NCBI GenBank assembly: GCA_001244265.2
Contig: CDLV01000011.1
Span: 682,001-746,000, forward strand
Reading direction: 5' to 3'
Length of the DNA: 64,000 nt
Source of the DNA: Microbotryum violaceum
Lineage: Eukaryota
Of the stretch, positions 26,568-42,110 are shown in pieces. Both the position numbers and the translations under genes were made by a program. How positions within the stretch are numbered: the stretch's first letter is position 1; the number at the start of each line of letters is the position of its first letter. The notes below the pieces were generated by a model that was not told where the DNA came from, made no database searches, and was given only the letters and a program-made list of their open reading frames with translations.

Positions 26568-26883
26568 GCACGGAGGTCTGGTACGTAGTAAGGGGCGAAG
26601 AAGCAAGAAAGCGGGGATGGAGTTCAAGGAGTTGTGGGATCAAGTTAGTCCATTTCTTGCAAGCTCGCCGGCTTCCCGGCGCAATCTGGCACCGCGCTTC
26701 AGCCGGATCGATGCCGCCGCAGGGCCGACCAACTGACAGGGATCATCCTCCTTCGAAACGCTCTCACAGAAAATCCTGTACATGCCGCATTCGGGATTTC
26801 AATTGATATCTTTTTACTCAAAACAAAAAGAAAGCCCCCACTCCCCTCCCACACATTTCTTCTCGGCGCTTCCTCTACACTTC

Positions 26884-29210
<2,327 letters not shown>

Positions 29211-29304
29211 GGCCTCTCTGGCCTCTCGCAGCCTCGCAGCTCTCGCGGACGGCGCTCCCGCGCTGGACTTTGTGAGAGCTTGTTCCGTCCCTAGCAGCGC
29301 AACA

Positions 29305-31367
29305 ATGGATACCGTAATCGCATCACCTCCTAGGGATCCACCGTCAACATCCATATCCATTCTTGAAGCTACAGCCTCCACATCGACCTCAGCTCCTCGT
29401 CATGCCAGCAATGATGACGCCCCTGCGCCCGTCTTACCCCGGCATGTCATCCGAGAAGGCGACAATGTCCTCCTGCGTCTCCCGTCGACCGTCGTCAAGA
29501 CCGTCAAAGTCACTCCCAGTGGGTCAGTGCAGCTCAGTGTCTCAGCACCCCCCACCCCCCACCCCCCACCCCCCCAGTCCGTCTCCCTCTCGAGCTACGC
29601 TGAGCTCATTCTGTCTGGTCATGTGACGCGCAGAACCATCTCACTCGGTAAATACGGCTCTTTCAAAGCCAGCCATCTCGTTGGATTACCTTATGGGCCG
29701 ACGTACGAAATCCTCGATGATGGATCGCTCAAAATCGTACCACCGCAGGTCGTCGCCGAGATTGGTAATTCATACTCTATTCATGCTAGAGTCTAAAAGT
29801 GGCGTCAGTCTGAAAGTGGGGTTACTAATATTATTATCATTGTCATTATCGCAGAGGAAACCGAGGCAAACAACCAAGAGATTACTGCGACGGGAGCACA
29901 GTCCTTGACCTATGACGACATCAACGCCTTCCGGTCCGAAGGATTGTCAGGAAGGGTCAGTCGAGCCAAATGTATCTGCCTCGCACGCTACGAGTTCTCA
30001 AGACTCACCCATTCAAAATTTGGCGTCCTCCTACAGCAAATTATCGAGAAGCAGATTCAGCAACATGCCAACTTTGATAAAAAGACAGAGTACTCAAAAG
30101 ACAAGTACATGAAACGCAAGGAGGCAAAGTAAGCTTTTCTCCCACCCTCGTTCATGAACGAATTCTGACACCCAATGTGCTCCCAGATACCTCCGAGTCT
30201 TCACACCCATCGAACCGACCGTTCACAACATTTGCGAATACAACTTTGAGAAACAATCGGCCAAGATCCGTGAATTGCGCCCCGACACGTTGAGCAATAT
30301 GATGAACATGGCCAATGTACGACCGGGGGCGAGGTTGCTCGTCGTCGAAGATGTGCATGGGATGGTCGTTTCGGCTTGCGTTGAGCGGATGGGGGGTGAG
30401 CATATTCCGTGTGATTGGAATAAGTGAACGGAAAGCTGATCCGAACCTCGGCTCCTTCAGGTCAAGGTCGTCTCATCATCATCAACGACTTCGACTCCCC
30501 ACCTGACATTCACATCACCGAATCCTTCAACTTCCCCCCTTCCGCCCTCGAACCCATCGGTTCCTTACATTGGGGCATGACCGAACCCTCTTGGGTTCCT
30601 GCCGACCTTCCCCTGGAAATCAGTCAAGCGGTATTGGAAAAGACTAAGAATTCGAGGGATATCGCCAAGATCAAAAGGAGGAAGGCGGCGTTCGAGCTGA
30701 TGGAGAATACGAGGAAGGATTTCTTCGCCGGCGGCTTCGATGGGTCCGTTCGATAGGGTTCTTCATTCTCAAGGCAGGCGCGGGGAAAGAATCAATGCTG
30801 ACCTCTGTGGGTATCTTCGAGGTGAGACAGGGTCATCTTGGCGACTCCGTATGAACCTTTGGGCGTGTTGGATCGATTATTACCCTACATCGCCGGATCG
30901 GCACCCATCGTTATTTATTCACCGCACCAAGCCGTACGTACTGACAAAAACAATCCAAATCCGGCCTCCCTTCAAGTCCTAACCCCACCCTCTTTTCACC
31001 CTTGCCCCCCCCCCAGACCCTCTCCGAGGCCTATCAATCCCTACGCACTTCACCTCATTTCCTCTCCCCTACCCTCTCCGAACCTTGGCTGAGGAAATAT
31101 CAAGTCTTACCCGGTCGATGTCATCCCGAGATGAACGGTCTAGGTCATGGTGGGTTCTTGTTGACTACGACGAGGGTGTTTGATAATCCGGAGGCGAATA
31201 GTCATAAAGTAAAGGTGGGGAAGAAGAGGAAGGTTGAGAATGGGGACGGTGATGGGGAGAGGAAGGGGGAGGGGTTGAAGAAAGGGAAACTCGAGGGGGA
31301 TGGGAAAGGAGACGGGGAGGAGGCTGCGGCTGATCCGCCGCTGGAGGGGATGGGAGAAGTGGTGTAG
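29305..31367 (+). CDS. TRM6: tRNA (adenine-58-N1)-methyltransferase non-catalytic subunit (multi-exon)
   Basis: ISLGKYGSF..LVGLPYGPTYEI, HANFDKKTEYSKDKYMKRKEAKY, LRPDTLSNMMNMANVRPG, SEPWLRKYQVLPGRCHPEM (Gcd10 family). Confidence 0.93.
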
Positions 31368-32575
31368 CTGTTGTGAGATAATGAATATTGAATGACGTTG
31401 GTGATCGCTCATTAACTTGGTGCGAGTGATATTCTGTAAGGTGTAAGGTGTACCATGCCAGACCGCTCTCCTGGTGCATCAAACACGACGCACCCGCCAC
31501 GAAAGAACCGGGGGAACAACAAGAATTTCACCAAACAACGAGATTGCAAAAAAAACAAGGAAATGTAACTACTCATTGAAACTCAAGCCGCGTAGGGAAC
31601 ACACGCCGAAAGGCGGTGTTAAGGCGAGCACGAGTGATTAAAGGAAGTCTGTGTGGTTCAATCTCCTCCTACTAAGCAAGATCAACGGTTCTCGAAGGAG
31701 CATCAAGATCCAGACAGGGCTACACTACCTCTCGAAAGAAGAAAGCGTTCTTTTCTGGTATCGAGGTCTCCCGGATGCAACTAGACGGTGATGTGTTGAG
31801 TGGAGGGTGATTTCTAAAGAAGAAAGAAGAAGGAAAAGAAGCGCGCGAGGGGGGCGCTGCGAAGCCTTTCGCGGCGCATTGGGCGGGGGGGAATTCGGAT
31901 TAGAAAGTGTCAAGGTGGTCAGAAAAGAGCAGGTAATGACCCGATTCGTGGTTTTCACGGAGGTTTTTGTGGAAGAGAAAAAGGTGATCTGCAGCGGCCA
32001 CCAGCATGTGACTCTATTTGTGTTTTTCGGTCCGAGCCAAACGAAATACACACTGGTCGAAACTCAGTTGAGAGACGCACCGGCCAACCCCTGTCGGAGC
32101 TCGGACCCCCTGTTTGGTGAATACGATCATCGGCGGGTCCACGTAGAGACTTGTCCAAGCCCGGCCAGACAATCCTCGGTGTCCCGAAGCCAAGCTTTGG
32201 GTTTCTTAGCGGAAAATTTCTCAGCATGAAACGTTGCATATCGTGTTGTCGACCGCTGGATATTCAACATGCGCTGAAAATTCTTGAGACGATTGGACTG
32301 ATCTGCAACTTTCCTTCGCAGACCCAAAAAGACCTTTATTCAAGCTGTACGTCAATTTCATCGTCCACAGCCCTAGTTGGGGCTTAGATCAGGCGGTTCG
32401 GTCTGCTACGCCGTTGTCTCAGATTAATCCGGGATCACCGACTCGGAGTCCTGATCAGTCAACGGCAGTCAACGGCGCAGAACGGCGCAGGCGCCGTCGG
32501 GCGGCGGTGGGGGGGAAGAGCGAGCTTTCATCCCTTTCCTGGCTCTCGCCGTCGTCGTCGTGACTCGTCGCTTGT

Positions 32576-35500
32576 ATGAACACCTTGCTCCTCGATGACG
32601 GACCTTCACGAACCAGTCCGGCAGCCGGAATGGTAGCTTCCACCTCCGACTCCCCCTTGACCTCGACGATGGATCGCCGATCAGCTTCGATTGGGACGAG
32701 TCGTGGTGCGGGTAAACAGGTCTTTATTCAGCAGCTCCGCAAGCGACTACCGTCGACGAGTGCCCCCCACAGCCCGGCCTCGGCCTCGGATGACGATGAC
32801 GAATCCGACGACGAGGGCAGACGGAGTAGTGGGTATGGGAGGGAGGGTGGTCAGGCGGGAGAGGGGAGGAAGGCCAAGAGGGCCAGAGTGAGCGTTAGTT
32901 GTAAGGAATGCAAGGTGCGTTCGTAACGGGTGCGGTCCATGTGGAATGACGTTGGGCAGGCAGAACCATGTGGGGTAAGAGAGGGAAACAAGGGGCTGAG
33001 CAGTTTCAGCTGATACGATCCTACTTGCTTCCTATCAAATGTGTCGAGCAGAGGAGAAAGATCAAGTGTGATCGGCAGATGCCGATATGTGGACCTTGCG
33101 ACAGTACGTCATCCTAGTCGCTGCCTTCGAGTTTTAGCCCGGGGTCCTCTTCCACGACGCAGGGCTGCTGTCGACCACAGCAACCGTATGGTGCCGAGGG
33201 AACTCATCCCAACTTCTCCTTTTGAACTCGCACAGAACGGAAACAACCCGAAGCTTGTACCTGGGACATTTTCTCAGGCCTGACGGGCGCGCAGGATGGA
33301 ATACTGCCCCCGTCCATCGCCAAATCGAGCGATCTCGATCGAGCCCTGGCCCGCATCGAACATATTGAACACTTCCTCAAGCGAGCTTTACCCCCGAATC
33401 TGGCCGTGTTCACACCTTACTCCTCCCGCGATCGAGCCGCTCGGGTAGCGCTTCAGCAGCTCGAGGAGGGAGGCCCACCCCGCTCAGGAGCTGGCCAGGT
33501 CGGCAATTCCAGCGAGCCGGCACCGGGTGGTCAAGAGGAGGCATTTTGGGAGGTCGAACAGGCTGCATTAAACTTGGAGAACGGCGTCTTTGGTGCGACA
33601 CCCAAGGACGGTAGCAGTGATTGTAAAGCCGTGGCTTCTACCTCGACCACAATGCCGGCAGCCGTCGCGGGGACTCGACCCCTGTCGAACCCGTCAGCGG
33701 GAGGCAGGGCCCAGCGAGGACCGATACCGGCTGGTTCGCACCGTCCACAATCGACAGCGACGACATCTCGATTCGGCGCTTCTTCGATTGAGTTGACCAA
33801 GGCCTTAACGACCATTGTCGCAACAGAGCGACCTTCGGAGACGCTCTCCCGAGCCCACCTCAACGTCGAGTTCGATGCCACTTCGTCCGACATCGACAAG
33901 GCGCGGTCCGAGGAACTTCACCAGCTCATCCGAGCTCTCCCCATCGAAAGGGCCTGCACCAATTACCTCGTCGAGCTGTACTTTGGCAGTGTCGCATGGC
34001 TGTTCCACCACCTTCACGCACCGACATTCTTGATCGAACTTGATGCGTTCTGGCGGTTGTGCGACGAGGGGCGAGAGGACGAAGTCGATCCATGCTGGTT
34101 AGGACTGCTGCTGAGTGTAAGTGGACTGAGCCCGAGCACACTGAGATGCTTGTGAGGTGATACAATTCTTTCGTTCGTAGGTCATCTGTGTTGCTCTAGA
34201 CAGCACACGTGCTTCGCGATCCCCGCTATCGCTCGATCCACCGAAAGCGGACCAATCAAGTCCGCTCGAGTCCTTCACACCAGAGGAGATTGAAGTGCTG
34301 CCAGAAAGATGGTTCGCCGCGTCTCAGCGCGCATTGCGACTCGCTGAATGGGAAACCATCCCGAGGATCCGCTCTATTCAGGCAGGTCAACGCCAATGAG
34401 AGTCGTCGTCAAAGACTCAATGCTGATCAAGGTTCCACACCTTTGTAGACGATTGTGCTATACACGCAGTACTTGCAGCTGTGCTCGTCGACTCGAGGAC
34501 AACCGAGTCAGATGGCGGTTTGGCTCGCCGCCTCGATCCGACTCGCTCAGGCTATGGGCTTGCATTTGCTGGGATCGAACCCCGAGATGTACGTGCAGCA
34601 AGCCAAGCATCTGATCTGGAAGATGGGACTGATGCGATACTTGGTATCCACGGGCGTGCAGTATGCCTCCTGACGATCCAGCGTTCCCACCTGGCAAATG
34701 CTCGATCAAGCGCGAGACCGCGAAGCGATTGTGGGCCGTGCTCGTCTACCAAGACTGGCTCGGGGCAACATCCAAGACCCGTTGCTACCAAATTTTGCCC
34801 CTCCACTTTGACACAGACGACCCTTTGAATCTCAATGACAGCGAATTGAGCTCGATCGATTGGAAAGTCAACCCGGCGCCGGATTCGGTGTTGACGGACT
34901 CGTCGTCGGATCGCGTTAGGGTTGCCATGGCTCGGCAGGTGCGCAAGAGCTTTGACGAGATCGTGTTGATGAGGTCGTACTCTTACGAGAAGGTGTTGGA
35001 ACTCGATCGGGGCTACAAGATGATGTGAGTTTTTATTCTTTGCGGTGTTCTCTTTTCATGCACATTTGGCTGAGTGAGCTTCCCCTCATCAACGTTTCCC
35101 GCAGCCTCGAAAGTCTTCCCGATCAGTGGACGCTCGAAAGCTCGACGAACGGCAACGAGCAACCAATGCTCCGCTTCCAGCGTCATTTCGTGATCGAAGG
35201 GATCCACAACCGTATCTTTCGCCTGCATCGCCCCTTCTCGACTCGAGGTTACTCCGAAGCCAAATACCGGCCCTCGACCGATGCGTGCCTCAAATCGGCG
35301 CGGATTGTCATCATCTCGACGCACAACATAGCCGATGCCACACGAGACATTTGGTACTCGTACAGCCACGTCATGGGCGCCGCCTTGGTCCTCTTCAATG
35401 ATCTGTTCATGTCGATCGATCAGGATGCCTCGGATTCAGAGATCGATTCGAAGAGGAAGGCTTTACTGTTGGCGCTCGAGATCTTCACCAAAGGCTCGGG

Positions 35501-36394
35501 GAATATTTGCTCGCCTAGCCTGCAGGTCGTTGTTCAGCAGGGTGCCAAGATAATGAACGGTCTGTTCAGAGCCGAAGAGTGAGTCTGCTCTCAAATGCAT
35601 AGCTCCCAACGCTGGTCGCCTCATGCTGATTTGGTGCCCTCTCGCACAGGTCTCGTCGAACCGGGCGAGCAGCCCAAGCTCTTCTCGCCGCATCCGGTGG
35701 CGATGCCACTCTTGATGGGGAGCAAGACGACACGCCCGTCGAATCCTTCGCCGACGTACTTCGTCGCATCTCTCGCTCGCTCAACACCCAATCTGCACCA
35801 CATCGAGGGACGCCCCCTCCGACACGTAACATCCCCAAGAACTCGGGCCATCTTCCTGGAGGACTTTTACCTTCGTCGACGACGCGCTATAGGGCGCTCC
35901 CGGGTGCTCCGGGAGGCTTCCCCCAATCGCCGGGTACACCCCTTTCATCGGCGTTCCCGCTCGATCCCAATTCGACTTCTCCGCTTCCCATTGTGCTCGG
36001 TGGCACTGCAGGTGGAGCCGGACCGGTGGGAGGGAATCAATACATGGGCGGCGGTCAACCTTACCACGAACCCGCTACACCGACGGTCTCGGCGTTCGAG
36101 ACTAACCCTTGGCCCTTCCCGACCGGGTATGGTGCGGCTGAGGATGATCTGTCCGCGCAGTTCTTTCAAGAGTTGGATCTCTCTTCAGCGATGGGATTGG
36201 ACGGCAGCGTAGGTGGCGGTGTAGGGGTCGACGGGGATGGGTTTTGGGCTGCGCCTCCTATGGGAACGGACGGCGGATTACCGACTTTTGGTTCGACGTC
36301 GACGGCTGGTATGGTGCCTCAGGGTCAAAGGCCGTGGGACAGTGGTATGCAATTTACGATCAATAATATGGGGGACGTCGGTGGGGGTTGGTGA
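32576..36394 (+). CDS. Zn(II)2Cys6 transcription factor with fungal TF middle homology region (multi-exon)
   Basis: Spliced CKECKRRKIKCDRQMPICGPCDKRKQPEAC; LVELYFGSVAWLFHHLHAPTF; IRLAQAMGLH; KRLWAVLVYQD; RLHRPF. Confidence 0.92.
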
Positions 36395-36797
36395 AAAATG
36401 GTTACTTTTGGGGGGGTACAGTACGAGTGTTGTAGAAATAATCTGGTTGGGCTTTGAAATGTAGATTCTTTGGCAAACTCCGAGCTCTGATCAACCAATG
36501 CTCAATCCTCCTGAAGAAAGCGATTTGGACGGTTGTCCACCCATCAACGTTCTACATCGTAAACCTTCAATCATATTTCGTCCTGTCGGAAGATGATGAA
36601 CAAAGTCTCAATCAAGCTGGCCCCAACGGGCCAGAACGGGCGAGCGCAAGAACTGACGTTGGTTCGCAGTGCAGTGGAGGGGGGTCGGTCTCGGGCTCTC
36701 GCTCTTGATCGAATCTCGAATTCCTTCTCGCCCACTTCCAAGCAAGACGTCTCGTAAGGCTCTTACTTTCCTCTCAGGCATTCGTCACTTGCGACGA

Positions 36798-38295
36798 ATG
36801 TCGACCGCCCCGGAAACAACAGCTGCAGCTGTGACTGCTAGCTCTCAAAACGTTTCACCCCCACCACCCGTCTTGGTCGGTCAGTCTAGACAAGCTTCTG
36901 CCTCCTCTGAAACTGCTAACATAAAACTCAGACCTCTCTCGAATTTCACAGACATTGGTTCCAATTTAGGCGACCCTGTATTCCAAGGATCGTACCATGG
37001 CAAGCAACACCACCCTTCGGACTTCCTCGCCATTCTCTCACGAGCTCGTCTGGCCGGCGTCAAGGCTCAATTGTTGACGGGGGATTGTGTGAAGGGAGCT
37101 CAGGAGGTGATTGAATTGACAAAGAAATATGGTCAGTTTCGGAAGCGAATGAGGGGAGGATTAGACGACCTAGTCGAGAGCTGATCGGGATTTCGTTGGA
37201 GCAGATGGCCTCTACGCGACCGTCGGATGTCACCCGTGTCGAGCCTACGAATTCGATCAACACAAGGAAGGACCTGAAGCATACCTGGAAACGTTGAGTC
37301 GGTTGATTGAAAGTAACAGGGACGAGGTCAAAGCAGGTTCGCGCTCCAAAGCAGTCTTGACGTCATTAGTCGCCGAGATGAAACTCTCCCTGCTGACCCT
37401 TCTTCCTGACCGGTCTCTCTTCGTATGTTATACGAATAACAGTCGGTGAATGTGGCTTAGACTACGACCGCCTCAATCTCTGCCCACGCGACGTTCAACT
37501 GCGGCACTTCCCACCCCAACTGACCCTCGCTCGAAAATTCGACTTACCCTTATTCCTTCACTCAAGAGCAGCGCACGAGGACTTCATCCGAATCTTGAAG
37601 GAAGATGGCCAAGGGTTGAGAGGTGTGGTGCATTCTCATTCGGGAAGCTTGCAAGAGGCGTTGGATTGTATCGAGTTGGGGTATTTTATTGGGATAAAGT
37701 CAGTTCTTAGTGGGATGTGATGTCCTGGTCGCCCTGACGGATACTGACTTCTCACATCCTGGCTTGTCCCCTCGGCTCTTCTTGATGACAGTGGGTATGC
37801 TTCAAGTCATATTCTCGATGCGCGAAGATCGATCATGACTACTTGGGCTGAGACCTCATCGTTTCTCCCCTCCAGATGCTCGTTGAAAACAGAAGAAAAC
37901 GTCGAATGTGTGAGAGCCTTACCACTAGACAAACTCATGGTCGAATCCGACTGTCCATGGTGCGAGGTAGGGATTCTACCCCAAAATTGGATGTTCGCCT
38001 CTCCACATAATATGACTGACCCCTGTTGTTCATTCGACTACCTCTTCAGATCCGACCATCCCACGCCTCCCATCCTTATCTATCCTCCCTTCCCCCCAAG
38101 CTTAAGACGCTCTACATCCCGCAACAAACGAAGAAAGAACGTTGGGTCGAAGGTAAAGGCGTCAAAGGGCGTAGCGAACCTAGTTCGACAGGCCAGGTCG
38201 CTTGGGTTGTCGCGCAGTTGAAGGGAATTAGCTTGGAGGAAGTGGCGAGAATCACGACGGAGAATACGAGAAGGCTGTTTGGAGACTTGGTATAG
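36798..38295 (+). CDS. TatD-family DNase (multi-exon)
   Basis: DIGSNLGDPVFQGSYHGKQHH, TVGCHP, VGECGLDYDR, LPLFLHSR, GVVHSH, IGINGCSLKTEEN, LMVESDCPWCE, KGRSEP. Confidence 0.93.
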
Positions 38296-38504
38296 AATTG
38301 GGATGGGATGAAATTAGTTCTGGTATTTGAGAAAACATTATAGCTAAAAACGTGTCTAGAGTTGGAAGCAAGGGCACAGGCGAGGTTGTGAAACAAATTT
38401 TCCGAAAGTGGGGTCGTAGCCAGGAAAGCCCATGAACCAAAGAAGAATGACATCCTGCCATCTATAATATTGTATCCTTCCGTCCAAGGGAAAAGGAGCC
38501 GGGA

Positions 38505-40188
38505 TCAGAGATGGGCAGTTAACTTTGCCGGCGGGAGTCCTTCGTAAGCGATATTATACTGTGAGCTCAATAATATGGTTCAAGCAAAGTGAGTTTGACT
38601 CCCCCGAAGGCTTGGGAGGTGTAGTTCCTCATCGGAACTCACCACAGCGTGGAAGAGAGGGTAGCTGTCAATTCTCCCTCGCGCCTTGAGAAATTCTGTG
38701 AAGAATAATTCTGCACTCGTTAGCTCGACTAGGTAAGATTGTGCCACTGCAGGTATTCACCGTGGACTTCTTTCGCTGTCTGAACGCCTTGAAGCCACTG
38801 CAGGTATTCACCGTGGACTTCTTTCGCTGTCTGAACGCCTTGAAGCTTTTGTCCATTCAGCATCTCTCGTTCCAGTACATCGAAAGACTGTAACCCCCAA
38901 AGGTAAGAGCCAGTCCTGCCTCAGTCCCAATCAGGCCTCTGATTGCCCGAGCGCCCGGAAAATGAAACATGCTCACCTTGCCAGTCTTGACGAACGCTTC
39001 TCCGCACTTGCGGTTCCTCCCACCAAGACACGACGTGATCAAGTCGGCTATCCCAGCTGAAGAATAAACGAAGGTCTCTGGTCGGGCGGTATCGAAGAAT
39101 TCGAGAGCGAATTTTCGCATTTCGAGAAGTCCGATCCTGCACCGAAACCGGGGTGTCAGTCAACATAATTCCTCTAATCGGGACATGATGAACACACCTC
39201 ATGATAGCTGCCTTGGCATTGTTGCCCCATCCCAACCCATCACAAGCCCCCGCAGCGATAGCGACGATGTTCTTGAGCGCTCCGGCCAACGAGACGCCAA
39301 CGACGTCATCGGTGATTTGGACGTGGAACGTCGGTGTGTGGAACGCCTCGTACCACCTTTGGCCCTCTTGTTGGTCCTTGCACGCGATGGTCGTTTCTCC
39401 GAAGGCATCCCTCGCAACCTCGTCGGCGATGTTGGCACCCGAAAGGGCTCCACACGGGATCCCGAGCTGCTCCTCAATCACCTGAGCGAAGATGGAGATA
39501 TGCTCGGCCGAGACCTCAACGCCCTTAACGAGCGACAATGCTCGACAGTTGGGGTCGATTTTGCCTCTGAGTTGCTTGCAAACACCGGGGACAAAGGCAT
39601 GAGGGGTGACAAAGACGAGCGCGTTGGCACCTTGCACCGAGCGGACGAGGTCGGCTTCGGCGACGACGCAGTGCGGGATCTTGATACCGGGCAGGTACTT
39701 GACGTTCTCGTGTGATTCATTGAATTGTTGTACCAGTGATCGACCCTTGAACTGGATTGGGAAGTGTCGGAGCAGGATCAGTTACGATGGAACAGGCAGC
39801 TCAGCCTCACACAGCCAACGTGAAAGCTCTCCAGTGGTCTCGAAGATGCGGTTGGGACCTGGGATGGGAGTGATTTGGGGCACGGGGGCGGGAGGGTTCC
39901 ATCCTCCTAAGTGCAGAGATGAACTTGCCTGCTCCTCAAAGACCCACATCTTGACCTCGGGATCAAACAGTTGGGGCTTGGCCTGTACGTTGATGCCGAT
40001 CAGCCTCGCAATCGCGCTGCCCCAATTGCCCGAACCTGTTCGAGTGGGGAGATCGCAAAACCGATCAGCCGCGCTCAGGAGACCCGGTAAAAAAAGCCCT
40101 CCTGAGGCCTCGAGAACTGGGACTGACCGATGATGGCGATCTTCCATTTTCCACCTGGGGGTGCGGGTGAGGTCAAAGGGAAGGCCAT
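38505..40188 (-). CDS. GPD1: NAD-dependent glycerol-3-phosphate dehydrogenase (multi-exon)
   Basis: [71 protein letters not shown]. One GC-AG intron, with the donor near 39928. Confidence 0.96.
38743..38846. repeat. Perfect 51-bp tandem duplication across a GPD exon/intron junction
   Basis: gccactgcaggtattcaccgtggacttctttcgctgtctgaacgccttgaa occurs at 38743 and at 38794. Confidence 0.97.
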
Positions 40189-41967
40189 GCTCGCTTGGGA
40201 GGAGTAGGAGCGAGTCGATAGCGGAGAAAGTTGGGTCAGGGTGCACTGCAGAGTGATCGGGAGGGTGCGGCGGATAGTGCTCCTGCTAATGCTGCTACTG
40301 TGGATAGAGGCGGCACAGACGGAGAACGCAGATCTCGAGGAGATGCAAGAAGCCACGATGGGCTGTGCGTGACGTAGGTGAAGAGCGTTCGACGATGGGT
40401 CAAGAGGGAGAGGATGGCGAGGTGCGCCCGAGTTCGCCGTGTGCTCCCACATTCACAGCTCCGAAAATTGCCGGGATGCATGCCGGGTTCGGCTACAGCA
40501 GTCCTCACATGTTGGGTAGGTAGTGTGTATGGCTGGACCAGGTTATCCTGGATCAAATCCCGCGATTGTTCTATATTGATCAACCTTGGCTTGTTGGAGA
40601 TGATGAAACTTCTCCTCGGAAGCCGCCAAGAAACCGATGGCCGAGAGGAGGTCCAAGCGTCGACAACGTCTCGACATCCAGGGCCGCTGCATTATGTCGG
40701 CGTACCCGTCTTGGAAAAAGACTCAGGTTGGTGAGAAAGAAAAAGAAAGGGAAATGAAAAGGGTAAAGGCTGTTCTCGACCTCCATCCTTCTCAGCATAT
40801 CCCCATCTCCTGCAAGTCAAAGTTTTCCCTGCCTCATCTTCAAGGTCGAGCCTCCGCGGATAGAAAGCGCGTTCCGACGCGCTAGGCCGCTTTGTTCTAG
40901 CACAAGACTGGGGCTGAGCAATATCTTCACGCAGATGTGGCTTGTAGCTAATAATGACGTGGACCCGCGGATTGCAAACGAAAAGAGCTCACTCCGCTCT
41001 CGCAGCTCCGGTGACGCTTTCCGCGCTACGGATAGCTGATGCTGTGGCGCCGCGGAGGGGGCGACTTGGTATTGGGTTTCGGATCGGCTGTCGGAACTCT
41101 GCACCGGCGCGGCGGCGTCTCAAATCCGTCGTCCGTTCGAGGCAAGTTGATATGAGAAGCGCTTGACATCAAATACTACAATTAGCCAGCTATTTGGTGT
41201 CAAAGTGAATAAACGGGAAAACTTTGCTGACAGCCAACCTTGGATCTGCGAACAAATTCGGGCTGAAGAGCGCAACTTCGTGTACAACTGTACAACGTGC
41301 GAGCATGCTTTCGTCAGCCGTATGCACCCGTAGGCTCACTCACGTCGTTCGTTTGAAGTGTAATCTTGACTGCCCCATATGCTACAAAACCAGGGTGGAC
41401 AAGGTCTCTCATCCTACGCTGTTGCCTCTTCAAGTTGCGGATCCGTCGTCTGACTCCGAGAAGTCACTGCAGTGCACAAGGTTGAGCCAGGTCTCCTCGA
41501 GTGTTGCGCAGGGGGTTAGGTGTACTGAGGAGCTTGTCGAGTGGCTGGTCCTAAGAGTACGACTCTGAGATCGCTTGAGCTTGTATGGAGTGAAGGAGGA
41601 CGTCGGGTTTTGGACGTCTGAGACCGATGACGTCAACCCCCGGCTTGCGGCTTCAGTCACATCCGGCGAACTGGACGATTTAAGTTGCTCCCACTTCTGA
41701 CTGTACATCGAGCGACGTATCCCTAAATCACATTGCGGGTTTCCCAAAATGTCCAAAAATATTGCAGATTTTTATGCCCATATTGACAGCTCGAGAGTGC
41801 CATGAACTCTAGGTAGCTATCCGAAATTCTCGATTCAAGCCCGCCCACAAACGCCATGAGCCGTCTGAACGTCTGACGACCTGCAGCGCGGCCGCGCACG
41901 AACCCGCCCGCGTTCCGGACAGCTTGGTCCCGCAGACGGGAGATCGGAAGCCTAAACTTTTTTCGGG

Positions 41968-42110
41968 CAGATCGGCAGGTCCGTTAATCCGACCAAATGA
42001 GCTCCCCCGCGCGGGCGAGTTAAGGCAGCTTTTTTGTTTTTTGGCCCGGTTGGAGGTTGGTACAGGTCGGGTGCACCAATGCCCTCCCCTCCCCATCCCA
42101 CCCCGGCGCA
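41968..42110 (+). repeat. Left terminal inverted repeat of the KDZ element
   Basis: Collinear with the reverse complement of 50935-51078. Shared blocks are ccccgcgcg-ggcgagtt-agg-agcttttt, tttggccc, gttggt and ggtgcacca-tgccct-cc. Confidence 0.85.

Noticed and set aside
31640-31725. RNase P/MRP-like P4 motifs (GGAAGTCTG ... ACAGGGCTA)
   Set aside because: The spacing of about 75 nt is far too short and the other conserved regions are missing.
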